Part shown: positions 37,016-44,989 of the stretch, piece after piece
Position numbering within the stretch: position 1 is the stretch's first letter
Layout: each line of letters opens with the position of its first letter
NCBI GenBank assembly: GCA_964617815.1
Contig: CAZTXY010000004.1
Span: forward strand, 1-63,602
Direction: 5' to 3'
DNA length: 63,602 nt
DNA from: an uncultured Candidatus Saccharibacteria bacterium
GTDB lineage: Bacteria > Patescibacteriota > Doudnabacteria > UBA920
The notes under the pieces: model-generated
What the model was told of the DNA's origin: nothing
The model's input: the letters and a program-made list of their open reading frames with translations, nothing else
Database searches by the model: none
Position numbers and translations under genes: made by a program

Positions 37016-38260
37016 ATGTTTTCATCTTTTACTCAAGCAATTCGCGGACTCATTGCCAACCCAGCACGGACTGTACTGACGACTCTTGGCATTGTTATTG
37101 GAATTGCCACTGTTATTTTAGTATTGTCTGCGGGAGCTGGGTTTAGAAGTTTGATCGACGCACAAGTCGATACTTTAGGTAGTAACACTTTATTTATTCA
37201 AACACGTGTTCCTCCCACTACTAAAAATCGCGCCGCAGGGAGCAGTGCAGCTGTTGATATTACCACAGTGGCGATTACTACATTTAAGCAACGCGATTTG
37301 GATGATATTAATAAGTTATCCAATATCGAAAATACTTATGGCATGGTCAATGGTTTAGCAGTTGTGTCGTACCGCGATGTGCAAAAAAGCGTCATTTATT
37401 ACGGAGCTTCAGCTAGTCGTTTTGAGATTGATAAAAATACTCTAGAATTCGGACGTTTTTATAGCCAAAGCGAGGAGTCTGGTGCCGACCAAGTTGTGAT
37501 TTTGGGAAATAAATTAGCGACAGACTTGTTTGGGCAAGATGATCCACAAGGCAAAATTATCAGAATTGGATCGTTAAATTTTCAAGTTATTGGGGTCTAC
37601 ACACTTAAAGGCGGAATCGCTAGTGAAGAAGACAACAGTCTTTTTATGCCACTTTTGACGGCTCAGAAAAAAATGCTGGGAATTGATCACATGACTATTG
37701 GGGTGGTTCAAGTCACAGACATTAAAAGCGGTGATGCCACAGCAGAAGATATTCGGGGAGTTTTGCGCGATAATCACAATATCACTGACCCTGAAAAAGA
37801 TGACTTTATAGTGCAGACGCAAGCCCAGGCTTTAGAGACCTTCAATACTATTTTTAACGGTATAACTCTGCTTCTTATCGCCATTGCGGCTATTTCTCTA
37901 ATTGTTGGGGGCGTCGGAATTATGAATATTATGTATGTAGTGGTGACAGAGAGGACCTCAGAGATTGGGCTAAAAAAAGCATTGGGTGCACGCAATAGCG
38001 ATATCCTTCGAGAATTTTTAATCGAAGCTGTGTTAGTCACAACTCTTGGTGGTGTTATTGGAATTTTGTTTGGCGCACTTCTTGGCTGGCTTGTCTCCTT
38101 GGTAGCAACGAGCGCGAATTTAACTTGGGCTTTTTCCGTTCCGCCTTACGCTATTATTTTAGGCTTTGGCGTTTCAGCTGTAATTGGTATTGGGTTTGGA
38201 GTATTACCAGCACGCAGTGCTTCTAAACTTGATCCGGTCGAAGCCATGAGGTATGAATAA
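37016..38260 (+). CDS. ABC transporter permease, FtsX/MacB-type (paralog)
   Basis: ERTSEIGLKKALGA. Same architecture as 35735. Confidence 0.85.
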   Translation: MFSSFTQAIRGLIANPARTVLTTLGIVIGIATVILVLSAGAGFRSLIDAQVDTLGSNTLFIQTRVPPTTKNRAAGSSAAVDITTVAITTFKQRDLDDINKLSNIENTYGMVNGLAVVSYRDVQKSVIYYGASASRFEIDKNTLEFGRFYSQSEESGADQVVILGNKLATDLFGQDDPQGKIIRIGSLNFQVIGVYTLKGGIASEEDNSLFMPLLTAQKKMLGIDHMTIGVVQVTDIKSGDATAEDIRGVLRDNHNITDPEKDDFIVQTQAQALETFNTIFNGITLLLIAIAAISLIVGGVGIMNIMYVVVTERTSEIGLKKALGARNSDILREFLIEAVLVTTLGGVIGILFGALLGWLVSLVATSANLTWAFSVPPYAIILGFGVSAVIGIGFGVLPARSASKLDPVEAMRYE

Positions 38261-38273
38261 GTAGCAGGGGATC

Positions 38274-38315
38274 CCTGTTCTTGATTCTTGTTACTTGATA
38301 CTTCATACTATAAAA
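38274..38315. repeat. Heptad array, TTGNNNC variant
   Basis: cctgttc ttgattc ttgttac ttgatac ttcatac tataaaa. The track start at 38295 is one of these TTGs. Confidence 0.6.
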
Positions 38316-38318
38316 GTA

Positions 38319-38900
38319 ATGCGAATATTTAAAAAGGTAGTTAAGTACGTTTTTATTTTAGTTTGTCTTGTCGTCGCACTGGACGCTGGGGCAGTTTTTT
38401 TGTTTGCTAATTTTCGTCCAGAAATAAAAAAAGCGGATGGCATTATTATTTTAGGCGCCGCTATTAACAGCCCAGCGCTCTATAATCGTACCACTACAGG
38501 ACTCCAGCTTTATCGTGATGGTAAAGCGCCAGTTATGGTTCTCTCTGGTGGGCGAATTTCTGACAAAGATATTTCCGAAGCTGGGTTTATGAAAAAAGTT
38601 ATTTTAAAAACAGGGGAGCCAGCGCCAAATTTAATTATTGAAGATCAGTCTGGAAATACTTTTGAAAATTTTAAAAATTCTCGGGCAAAATTACCCAATG
38701 CAAAAAGTATAATTATAGTTAGCGATAAATATCATCTAGCACGCAGTGTATTTTTAGCCCTGCGTAATGGTTTTTATCCGGTCTATTGGACTTCTCCAGA
38801 TGGGCACTACTACAGTAAAGACGATTGGCAGTATTATTATATGCGAGAATTTTTTGCTATTTTAGGTTATATTCCAAAGTTTATAACTAATAAAGATTAA
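38319..38900 (+). CDS. DUF218 (YdcF/ElyC/SanA-like) protein
   Basis: IIILGAA...VLSGG...SEAGFM...EDQSGNTFEN...VSDKYHLARS. Confidence 0.7.
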   Translation: MRIFKKVVKYVFILVCLVVALDAGAVFLFANFRPEIKKADGIIILGAAINSPALYNRTTTGLQLYRDGKAPVMVLSGGRISDKDISEAGFMKKVILKTGEPAPNLIIEDQSGNTFENFKNSRAKLPNAKSIIIVSDKYHLARSVFLALRNGFYPVYWTSPDGHYYSKDDWQYYYMREFFAILGYIPKFITNKD

Positions 38901-38951
38901 GTTTTAGGGCTTTAGTTAAAGTAATTTTATAGTTAAGAAAATAATAAGTAC

Positions 38952-38984
38952 AAAAAATATGGCTTTTATTAGCCATATTTTTTG
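38952..38984. terminator. Bidirectional terminator
   Basis: A-run, atatggct-tttatt-agccatat stem, T-run. Confidence 0.8.
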
Positions 38985-38992
38985 TACTACCC

Positions 38993-39021
38993 TTGACAAG
39001 ACTAGTTATTTATGGTATTCT
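38993..39021 (+). promoter_or_regulatory. Promoter TTGACA-N17-TATTCT of islet C gene
   Basis: Host-like AT-rich promoter and ~110-nt leader precede the GC-rich ORF. Confidence 0.65.
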
Positions 39022-39135
39022 ATGAGATTAAAACTTTTGCAGGAATAATTGTGGTTATTAAGTTGGTTTAGTTGCCACGATCATTCCCGCAATAGTGGGA
39101 AGCAGATTCGAATTTTTTGGTGTGAGAGGTACGAG

Positions 39136-40083
39136 ATGGAGATGATGACGACCAAGCGCCTTGTCATCGTTGGAAAGAATCACAAGCCGCTCCATGGAGC
39201 GGCCCTCAGCGCGCGCGAGCGCAAGATCAAGAGCAAGCTCGAAACTCTCCGAGCTGAGGGTGTGAGCTACACCACCTCGGAAGGCTGGGAGATCGAAAAG
39301 GCAGAGAAGGCGCGCAAGCGTTTGCTCGCGCAGAATCCGCCGTGTGGGAAGTGCCACGAGAATACGCCGCAGGCGGAGCTCGAGGGCAACGAAGGCTGGT
39401 GCTACGATTGTCGGGAAGCCGACAATCAGCGCTTGGCCGAAATCGAGCGTGCTGGCAAACAGCGGCTGGCCGACATCGAGTGGGCGAAGGTCATCGAGGC
39501 GTCGAAGCGGCCCTGCAAGGGCTGCCAGACGCGGATCGAGCCGTTCGCCTACAAGAATGGCAAGGGATTTTGCAATGCGGACTGCAGGTCGCAGTTTCGG
39601 GCAAACAAGCTCGAAGCCGAGCGTCTCGCGGTCATCGAAGCGAGCAAGGAGCCTTGCTCGGAGTGCGAGCAGCGTTTCATCCCCGAGGACCTTAAGTTCG
39701 GCTGGTGCGTGTCCTGCAAGGATGCACTCACTGCCGGACAGTTCGCATCCTGCGAGGGATGTGGAAAGCGTCACGGATACAGCGAGCTCGAGACCATCGA
39801 GATCAGCGGTGTCGAGCGCATGATCTGCATCAACAACGACGACTGTCTCGAGCTGGCATTCAGCCCGAAGCTCGAGCCGGCACATACTGTTGCTGAGACC
39901 GCGACTCCCGCGGTGACCATCGCGAAGAGGAAACTCCACGCGATGATCACGTACGGCGTCAGCGAGGATGGGCGCCCCAACAACCGGCGCAAGCCCAAGG
40001 TGCCGAAGTCGGCGCGCAAGAAGGGCACCAAGCCGCAGGAAAGCGGCAAGAAGGGCAAGGGCAAGGCCGCCTCCGGCGGCTAG
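39136..40083 (+). CDS. GC-rich ORFan: repeated CxxC zinc-ribbon-like modules plus Lys/Arg-rich tail (315 aa)
   Basis: MEMMTTKRL start after GAGAGG. Four CxxC-x(9-25)-C..C modules, two preceded by IEASK(R/E)PC. C-terminal KPKVPKSARKKGTKPQESGKKGKGK tail. One line counted by hand gave 63% GC. Confidence 0.55.
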   Translation: MEMMTTKRLVIVGKNHKPLHGAALSARERKIKSKLETLRAEGVSYTTSEGWEIEKAEKARKRLLAQNPPCGKCHENTPQAELEGNEGWCYDCREADNQRLAEIERAGKQRLADIEWAKVIEASKRPCKGCQTRIEPFAYKNGKGFCNADCRSQFRANKLEAERLAVIEASKEPCSECEQRFIPEDLKFGWCVSCKDALTAGQFASCEGCGKRHGYSELETIEISGVERMICINNDDCLELAFSPKLEPAHTVAETATPAVTIAKRKLHAMITYGVSEDGRPNNRRKPKVPKSARKKGTKPQESGKKGKGKAASGG

Positions 40084-40141
40084 CAAACAAAATTCCCAGG
40101 AGGGAAACGAAAAAGGCGAACGAGCGGTCTGACGTGCTCGT

Positions 40142-40175
40142 ACCCAGTTGTCATTGACGGCTGGGTTTTTCTTTT
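40142..40175 (+). terminator. Terminator of islet C gene
   Basis: acccag...ctgggt stem plus TTTTTCTTTT. Confidence 0.7.
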
Positions 40176-40177
40176 AT

Positions 40178-40206
40178 TTGACGAATTTATTACGATTTGG
40201 TATAAT
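40178..40206 (+). promoter_or_regulatory. rplJ operon promoter TTGACG-N17-TATAAT
   Basis: Exact spacing, consensus -10 box. Confidence 0.75.
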
Positions 40207-40350
40207 AATGCTAATTGAATACCCAATGACAGCTGGCGATCGCAAGATCTCAAACCCTATTATAGGGTCAGCCCGCCGAGGATATGACTACTAGTGACTA
40301 GTTGATAGTTATTAGTTTTTAGAAACTCGGGAAAGCCCGAGTTATTTTTA
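40207..40350 (+). promoter_or_regulatory. Candidate ribosomal protein L10 leader with attenuator hairpin
   Basis: ~145-nt leader with hairpins (accctattatagggt at 40253-40268). It ends in aactcggg-aaag-cccgagtt plus ATTTTTA (40324-40350). The L10 leader motif itself was not verified. Confidence 0.4.
40285..40322. repeat. Heptad array inside the rplJ leader
   Basis: TGA at 40285, then TAG at 40292, 40299, 40306, 40313 and 40320. Confidence 0.85.
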
Positions 40351-40358
40351 TTCTCAGA

Positions 40359-40455
40359 CTGTCATTGCCTTCTTGTGTCATTCTCGACCTGATCGGGAAT
40401 CCAGAAAAATGGATCTCAGATAGCCCTCGATGACTCGTGGCTTCTGGGATGACAG
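40359..40455. repeat. CTGTCAT-family element, ~80-nt 'gatcgggaatccag' subtype
   Basis: A near-copy of 10446-10525 occupies 40376-40455. An extra partial left arm lies at 40359-40375. Confidence 0.9.
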
Positions 40456-40523
40456 AAAAAAGTGATGGCAATTAACTGGTATTTAATTTAATTAAAGGTC
40501 GGAGTAAACAAGGAACACAATAA

Positions 40524-41045
40524 ATGCCAAAAAGTAAATCTCAAAAAGAACAAGACTTAGCAGAGTTAACACAGCGCTTAGCAGAAGCCAAAAGTGTGGT
40601 TTTCTCCGAATACCGCGGTACAACTGTCAAAGATATCGACAAGTTTCGTAAAACTTTGAGCAAGGAAGCAGTTACTAGCAAAGTCTATAAAGTTACGTTG
40701 GTTCGAAAAGCTTTGGAAGCCAATGGTATGGACTCTAAAGGTTTTGACTACAAACAGCCGGTGATTATGTCCATGTCTATGGACGAAGAAACCACTCCTG
40801 CAAGGCTAATCAAACAAGTCAGCAAGGATGTAAAGACTGTTGCCGTCCTCTCCGGTATCGTTGACCATAAGCTTATTGACAAGGCTCAGGTTATGGCACT
40901 CGCAGACTTGCCAAGTCGCGAACAGTTACTTGGTCAGTTGGTTGGTACAATCAACGCTCCAGTGTCTGGTTTTGTAAACGTGCTTGCTGGCAATTTGCGC
41001 GGACTTATCAACGTCCTCAACGCAGTTGGCCAGAAAAGTGCCTAG
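40524..41045 (+). CDS. rplJ: 50S ribosomal protein L10
   Basis: VVFSEYRGTTVKDIDKFRKTL...KVTLVRKAL pattern, followed by rplL. Confidence 0.9.
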   Translation: MPKSKSQKEQDLAELTQRLAEAKSVVFSEYRGTTVKDIDKFRKTLSKEAVTSKVYKVTLVRKALEANGMDSKGFDYKQPVIMSMSMDEETTPARLIKQVSKDVKTVAVLSGIVDHKLIDKAQVMALADLPSREQLLGQLVGTINAPVSGFVNVLAGNLRGLINVLNAVGQKSA

Positions 41046-41080
41046 TAGCTAGTTTCTAGTCACTAGTTACTATCAACTAA
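41043..41080. repeat. Heptad array starting at the rplJ stop codon
   Basis: TAG at 41043, 41050, 41057 and 41064, degenerate TAT at 41071, TAA at 41078. Confidence 0.85.
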
Positions 41081-41105
41081 TTATTATTTATTGAAAGGAA
41101 TATAT

Positions 41106-41513
41106 ATGTCAGATGAAAAAACCCCTGTAGAAGTTCCAGAAAAGTTTAAAGCTTTAGTTGATCAAATTGAAAAGCTTTCTGTCTTGGAACTTTCCGAATT
41201 AGTTAAAGTTCTTGAAGAAAAGTTTGGTGTCTCAGCCGCCGCTCCTATGATGATGGGTGCAGCACCAGCTGGCGGTGGAGCCGCTGCTGAAGTAGAAGAG
41301 AAGAGTGAATTTACTGTTGAATTAGTTGAAGCTGGTCCTAATAAAATCAATGTTATCAAAGTTGTTCGTGAAGCAACTGGTTTAGGACTTAAAGAAGCCA
41401 AGGACATTGTCGATGCAGCTCCTAAAGCTGTAAAAGAGAATGCTCCTAAAGCTGAAGCTGAAGAATTGAAGAAAAAGATTGAAGAAGCTGGCGGTAAAGT
41501 GGTCCTCAAATAA
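41106..41513 (+). CDS. rplL: 50S ribosomal protein L7/L12
   Basis: Ala/Gly hinge and C-terminal [20 protein letters not shown] domain. Start is at MSDEK. Confidence 0.9.
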   Translation: MSDEKTPVEVPEKFKALVDQIEKLSVLELSELVKVLEEKFGVSAAAPMMMGAAPAGGGAAAEVEEKSEFTVELVEAGPNKINVIKVVREATGLGLKEAKDIVDAAPKAVKENAPKAEAEELKKKIEEAGGKVVLK

Positions 41514-41528
41514 TATTATTATTGTAGT

Positions 41529-41555
41529 GGATCATCCCTGCGAAAGCAGGGATCC
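41529..41555. repeat. Short GGATC-hairpin related to the CTGTCAT family
   Basis: ggatcatccctgc-gaaa-gcagggatcc. Confidence 0.5.
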
Positions 41556-41561
41556 AGTTTT

Positions 41562-41596
41562 AAAAGACCCCCGCCTTGGCGGGGGTCTTTTAATTT
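41562..41596 (+). terminator. rplJL terminator (10-bp GC stem)
   Basis: gacccccgcc/ggcgggggtc stem plus a T-run. Confidence 0.85.
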
Positions 41597-41650
41597 TGCT
41601 TTAGTGCTGATATACTAAAGCCCGAAAAGTTAGAGCCCCAAGGAGGCATT

Positions 41651-41983
41651 ATGCCAGGAAGTACTTATCACTCTGCAAGTGCGCATCGTTACGTTGAGCC
41701 GTTTCTCAACATGGCCAAACTGGTCATTGAGAGTTTGCATGACGGGCGAACGTTTCAGATTCTTTCGCCTACAGAACAGAGCGACAGCTGGTATCTCAAT
41801 ATCAGGTATGTAACCAAGAACATCTCGGGCGTTTGTGTACAGTTGGACCCAGGGATCACCGGTTTCATTGTTGGAAGCAAGTATGCTTCGACAAGCCGGC
41901 TTGTTCAGAGCCCAGAAGAGGTTTTGGAGGAGATTCTGCAGATTGAAGAGTACTTCGCATCTCTTAGATTCTGTGGACAATAG
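41651..41983 (+). CDS. Islet E small protein, paralog 1 (110 aa)
   Basis: AAGGAGG RBS. The VEPF..M..VIE....F.I..P....SW.L.I pattern is shared with 42013. Confidence 0.5.
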   Translation: MPGSTYHSASAHRYVEPFLNMAKLVIESLHDGRTFQILSPTEQSDSWYLNIRYVTKNISGVCVQLDPGITGFIVGSKYASTSRLVQSPEEVLEEILQIEEYFASLRFCGQ

Positions 41984-42012
41984 TCACCTTGGAATCTGCA
42001 CGGAGGTGCAAA

Positions 42013-42327
42013 ATGGAAACAGACATTGAGCCTTTCCGGGAGATGGTTTGGATTGTCATCGAACGCTTTGCTCTAGGGCGGGTGTTTGGGATAGTGCCCC
42101 CTAGTCCGGAAACTGAGACTTGGTTACTTCAGATTATGTCAGCAACTCCAGGCGATTACGATATCGCTGTCGAGTGGAAGTCGGACGATAGACACTTCTT
42201 CGTTCGCTGTGGTTACGATTCAGTTTTTCGCCATGACAATGCCATAGTCCTAAAAACATCGGCGGAAGTCGTGGCGGCCATCGAACTAATCCATAGTCGC
42301 AACAAGTTCATTAGGCGTTCCTCTTAA
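42013..42327 (+). CDS. Islet E small protein, paralog 2 (104 aa)
   Basis: ATG after the TGCACGGAGGTGCA hairpin-RBS. IEPFREMVWIVIERF...TWLLQI...IAVEWKSD. Confidence 0.5.
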   Translation: METDIEPFREMVWIVIERFALGRVFGIVPPSPETETWLLQIMSATPGDYDIAVEWKSDDRHFFVRCGYDSVFRHDNAIVLKTSAEVVAAIELIHSRNKFIRRSS

Positions 42328-42366
42328 GGGCGCATGAGTTCATTTGGCTATATCTTTGGAGGTAGC

Positions 42367-42702
42367 ATGAGTAAAGAGGAAAGACCCGCTGTTGTCGTTG
42401 AGCTTTTGGAAAAGATTTCAAAGGCTTTTCCCGAGGCTCGAGTCGAGGTAGACGAACCCAAGGATTTCCAGACAGGTTTCTGGTTTGTGGATGTTTACCT
42501 TGGCGAATTCCTTGTGGTCGTGGAGTGGCGGCCAAACCAAGGCTTTGGTTTGAGGATGATTCGTGGTGATGAAAGGTTTGGAGTTGGTCCTGACTGCGCA
42601 TTTCCATCAATCGACGAGTCGCTGTCACTGATGACAAAGATGTTTAGCGGTAACTACACCCGTCTGCGCGAAGGTGATGATGACAGCCCACTAATCCAGT
42701 AA
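42367..42702 (+). CDS. Islet E small protein, paralog 3 (111 aa)
   Basis: GGAGG RBS. FWFVDVYLGEFLVVVEWRPNQGFG aligns with paralog 2. Confidence 0.5.
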   Translation: MSKEERPAVVVELLEKISKAFPEARVEVDEPKDFQTGFWFVDVYLGEFLVVVEWRPNQGFGLRMIRGDERFGVGPDCAFPSIDESLSLMTKMFSGNYTRLREGDDDSPLIQ

Positions 42703-42775
42703 ATTCGTCACTGACTCCGCTAGCGCTTTTGATTGAGCGCACCTCAATTTCTAGTTTTTTGCACGGAGGTGCAAA

Positions 42776-43051
42776 GTGGACATTACTTGGATTGTTGGTA
42801 TGCTTGCCGTGGCGGTGACACTGCTTGGGACTGCTGGTGGTTATGCATCCCAAGTCTGGAAGAATTATCGAAACAAGAGTACGGAGGGGCTCTCGTGGTT
42901 TACCTTCGCCTCGCTCTTGCTTTCGCATTCCGTCTGGTTTGCGTACGGTGTTTTAGGAGGAGACTGGTTTCTGATCATCGCCAACATTCCCGGCGTGCTT
43001 TGTATGACCATCATCCAGGTGCAGTGGTGGTGGTACAAGGTCAGAGGGTGA
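42776..43051 (+). CDS. SemiSWEET / PQ-loop family 3-TM transporter
   Basis: 91 aa, GTG start after a second TGCACGGAGGTGCA hairpin-RBS. GYASQVWKNYRNKSTEGLS...W..YG...N motif. Confidence 0.65.
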   Translation: MDITWIVGMLAVAVTLLGTAGGYASQVWKNYRNKSTEGLSWFTFASLLLSHSVWFAYGVLGGDWFLIIANIPGVLCMTIIQVQWWWYKVRG

Positions 43052-43183
43052 TCAAATTTCGTGGCCGGAGTTTCGTGTTCAAAAGAACACAAAACTCCGG
43101 CTTTTCTGTTATTATAAACCCTTGCATTTTTGGACAATTATGCTATCCTAACAAGTCTTCGAAATTTCGGTGGAGAGGTTTTC

Positions 43184-44383
43184 ATGAGAAAAGAACCGGC
43201 TGTGTGCCTCGTGTTCTCGGAAAACCTGCTTCATGCAGATTTTCCAAGGCTAAGTTTGAATCGATGGCTGGATACAGAGTTAGTGCGAGTTCTGCGGGTT
43301 TTGCGTAAAATTCCGTGTTCAGTTTCTGTGGAAGGTTTTGACTCAGAGATATGCCCGGATCTTGCAAGATTCATTGCAGACTCTGGCAAAGCAGAAGTTA
43401 TTAGTCAGGAGTATGCTCACGTGTTCTCTGGCTGGTTGCCTTCTGAAATCGCGCTACATAACCTTTCCCAGTCATCGCATTCCGTTTGTTTTACGGCGGA
43501 GTACAATCCGCCCAAGACCGATGTGCTGGAAGCGTTGGGGGCTAAAAGTGGTGGAGAGCAAAGAGCCTTTTTTGTTCTCGACAATCAAAGCAGGATGTAT
43601 TCCTTGGCGGATTCTCCATCGCTGTCTTTGCCGCTCCGTTACAGTCTGCCAGAGAATGTTAACGCCCTCGAGCACGCAGGTAGCTTGATGCTCCTGATGC
43701 GCTACGAATACTTCCGGCCGGTGTTGAGCGAATGGTTCTCCTACCAGCGCTCTTTTGATCTCCCGGTCGCTTGTGTGATTGGTGAAATGGAAAGACAACT
43801 TCGCAAAGCACGAAACAACAAGGTGCCAGTAGTGTTTATCCCCATTGATATCGAAGCGTGCATGATCGGTTCACACCGTGGTGCAGAGGTCTTCGAAGAG
43901 ATTGTGGAGGCACTTTTGGCTTCTGGGATCCCACTCATTGGACCAACCGAGGCTTTGGGGATCCTTGCTCCGAATGCAGTTTCTGGCCCGCGTCCAGACC
44001 GGTCACTGAAGAAGTGGCTTGGTTACGGACTTCAGCTTCAGTTGCTGGAAGACTTACAGGCTACGACTTTGGTGACAAACTGGCAAAGCTTGAGCAGCTT
44101 TGAGCAAAAACTGTTTCTGCTTGCATGGGGCTCTGATGCCTTTGCAGTGCTTGAGTACCACTCTGGAACGCCGAGGCTTGTGGTACAGACCGAAGCAGAG
44201 CCGCTTCTAATCGGCGGAGCGAGCGAAGACTCGTACGCCATTAGCCGTGCCGCTTTGTACTATCACCAACTCGGGCTTTCCCCAGTTGAGAGCCTGAAAA
44301 ACTATCAAGAGGAACGCGGCACAAGCCGCCTGCTCGAACTCGTCCTCTCGTGGATGACGAGCGAAAGTGACATTGGCCCCTGA
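43184..44383 (+). CDS. Hypothetical 399-aa protein with weak GH57-like motifs
   Basis: GGAGAGG RBS. GWLPSE, PIDIEA...GSH and WGSDAF are reminiscent of GH57 regions III-V. This is motif-level only. Confidence 0.4.
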   Translation: MRKEPAVCLVFSENLLHADFPRLSLNRWLDTELVRVLRVLRKIPCSVSVEGFDSEICPDLARFIADSGKAEVISQEYAHVFSGWLPSEIALHNLSQSSHSVCFTAEYNPPKTDVLEALGAKSGGEQRAFFVLDNQSRMYSLADSPSLSLPLRYSLPENVNALEHAGSLMLLMRYEYFRPVLSEWFSYQRSFDLPVACVIGEMERQLRKARNNKVPVVFIPIDIEACMIGSHRGAEVFEEIVEALLASGIPLIGPTEALGILAPNAVSGPRPDRSLKKWLGYGLQLQLLEDLQATTLVTNWQSLSSFEQKLFLLAWGSDAFAVLEYHSGTPRLVVQTEAEPLLIGGASEDSYAISRAALYYHQLGLSPVESLKNYQEERGTSRLLELVLSWMTSESDIGP

Positions 44384-44412
44384 TTACTTCGGTAGTTGGG
44401 GGCCTTATTGTT
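44375..44412 (+). terminator. Hairpin at the right edge of islet E
   Basis: ggcccc...ggggcc stem overlapping the stop codon, then TTATTGTT. Confidence 0.6.
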
Positions 44413-44416
44413 ATAA

Positions 44417-44989
44417 TTATTCGATTTTGTCGAAAGTAAAATATTTTAAAGTATGTACAGGGATGTTGTAAATTTCTGCAATAACTGAGCCAGCATCTTT
44501 AAAAACTGCATTTGCCCAGTCAAGTCCCAGCATTGTCGCAATTTGTTTTAAGGCTTCTTCGCTCTGACCTTCAATTTCTAAATAAGTGGGAATTTTTGGC
44601 CAAGTATCAATATCAACAACACAATTGTTAAGTAAAAACGAGTGGCGCTTTTTTTCTTGCTTGCGAAATGGGGGATAGCCAAGCTCAGTTAATAGGTCAG
44701 TGATTTTTTGAGTATCAGATATTTTTAACTCTATTTCTGTTGTTCCTGTCGCGCTATATTCAAAATGATCTTTGTATGTTAGTAAATTCCCTGATTTATT
44801 TGATCGAATCCGAATAAATTTCTTTTTATCTTTGAGCCACTGACCATCTTTGTCATAAAAAATTGTTTCTGACAATAAATCTTCGCCAAAATCTTTTGCC
44901 CCAAGCTCTTTAAGTTTTTGGATCAATGCGTCTTTATCAATTTCCAAAAACCGCACTTCAATTTCTAGATTGTCAGAAGTTGCAGACAT
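44417..44989 (-). CDS. CYTH-domain protein (class IV adenylate cyclase / triphosphatase family)
   Basis: LEIEVRFLEIDK N-terminal ExExK-type motif, ~190 aa. Confidence 0.7.
   Translation of the reverse strand: MSATSDNLEIEVRFLEIDKDALIQKLKELGAKDFGEDLLSETIFYDKDGQWLKDKKKFIRIRSNKSGNLLTYKDHFEYSATGTTEIELKISDTQKITDLLTELGYPPFRKQEKKRHSFLLNNCVVDIDTWPKIPTYLEIEGQSEEALKQIATMLGLDWANAVFKDAGSVIAEIYNIPVHTLKYFTFDKIE

Noticed and set aside
33420-38260. AbrB-like plus HlyD/ABC/FtsX operon as a novel system (e.g. bacteriocin export or immunity)
   Set aside because: The architecture is the common MacAB/DevCBA-like tripartite efflux type. No precursor peptide, modification enzyme or peptidase domain is seen, so it is listed only as ordinary features.
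39058-40086. 342-aa minus-strand ORF completely overlapping the islet C gene
   Set aside because: It is a typical open antisense frame of a GC3-rich gene. Its product is Leu/Ala/Arg/Gly-rich and low in complexity. It has no RBS or promoter. The plus-strand ORF has a promoter, an RBS, a terminator and repeated CxxC modules.
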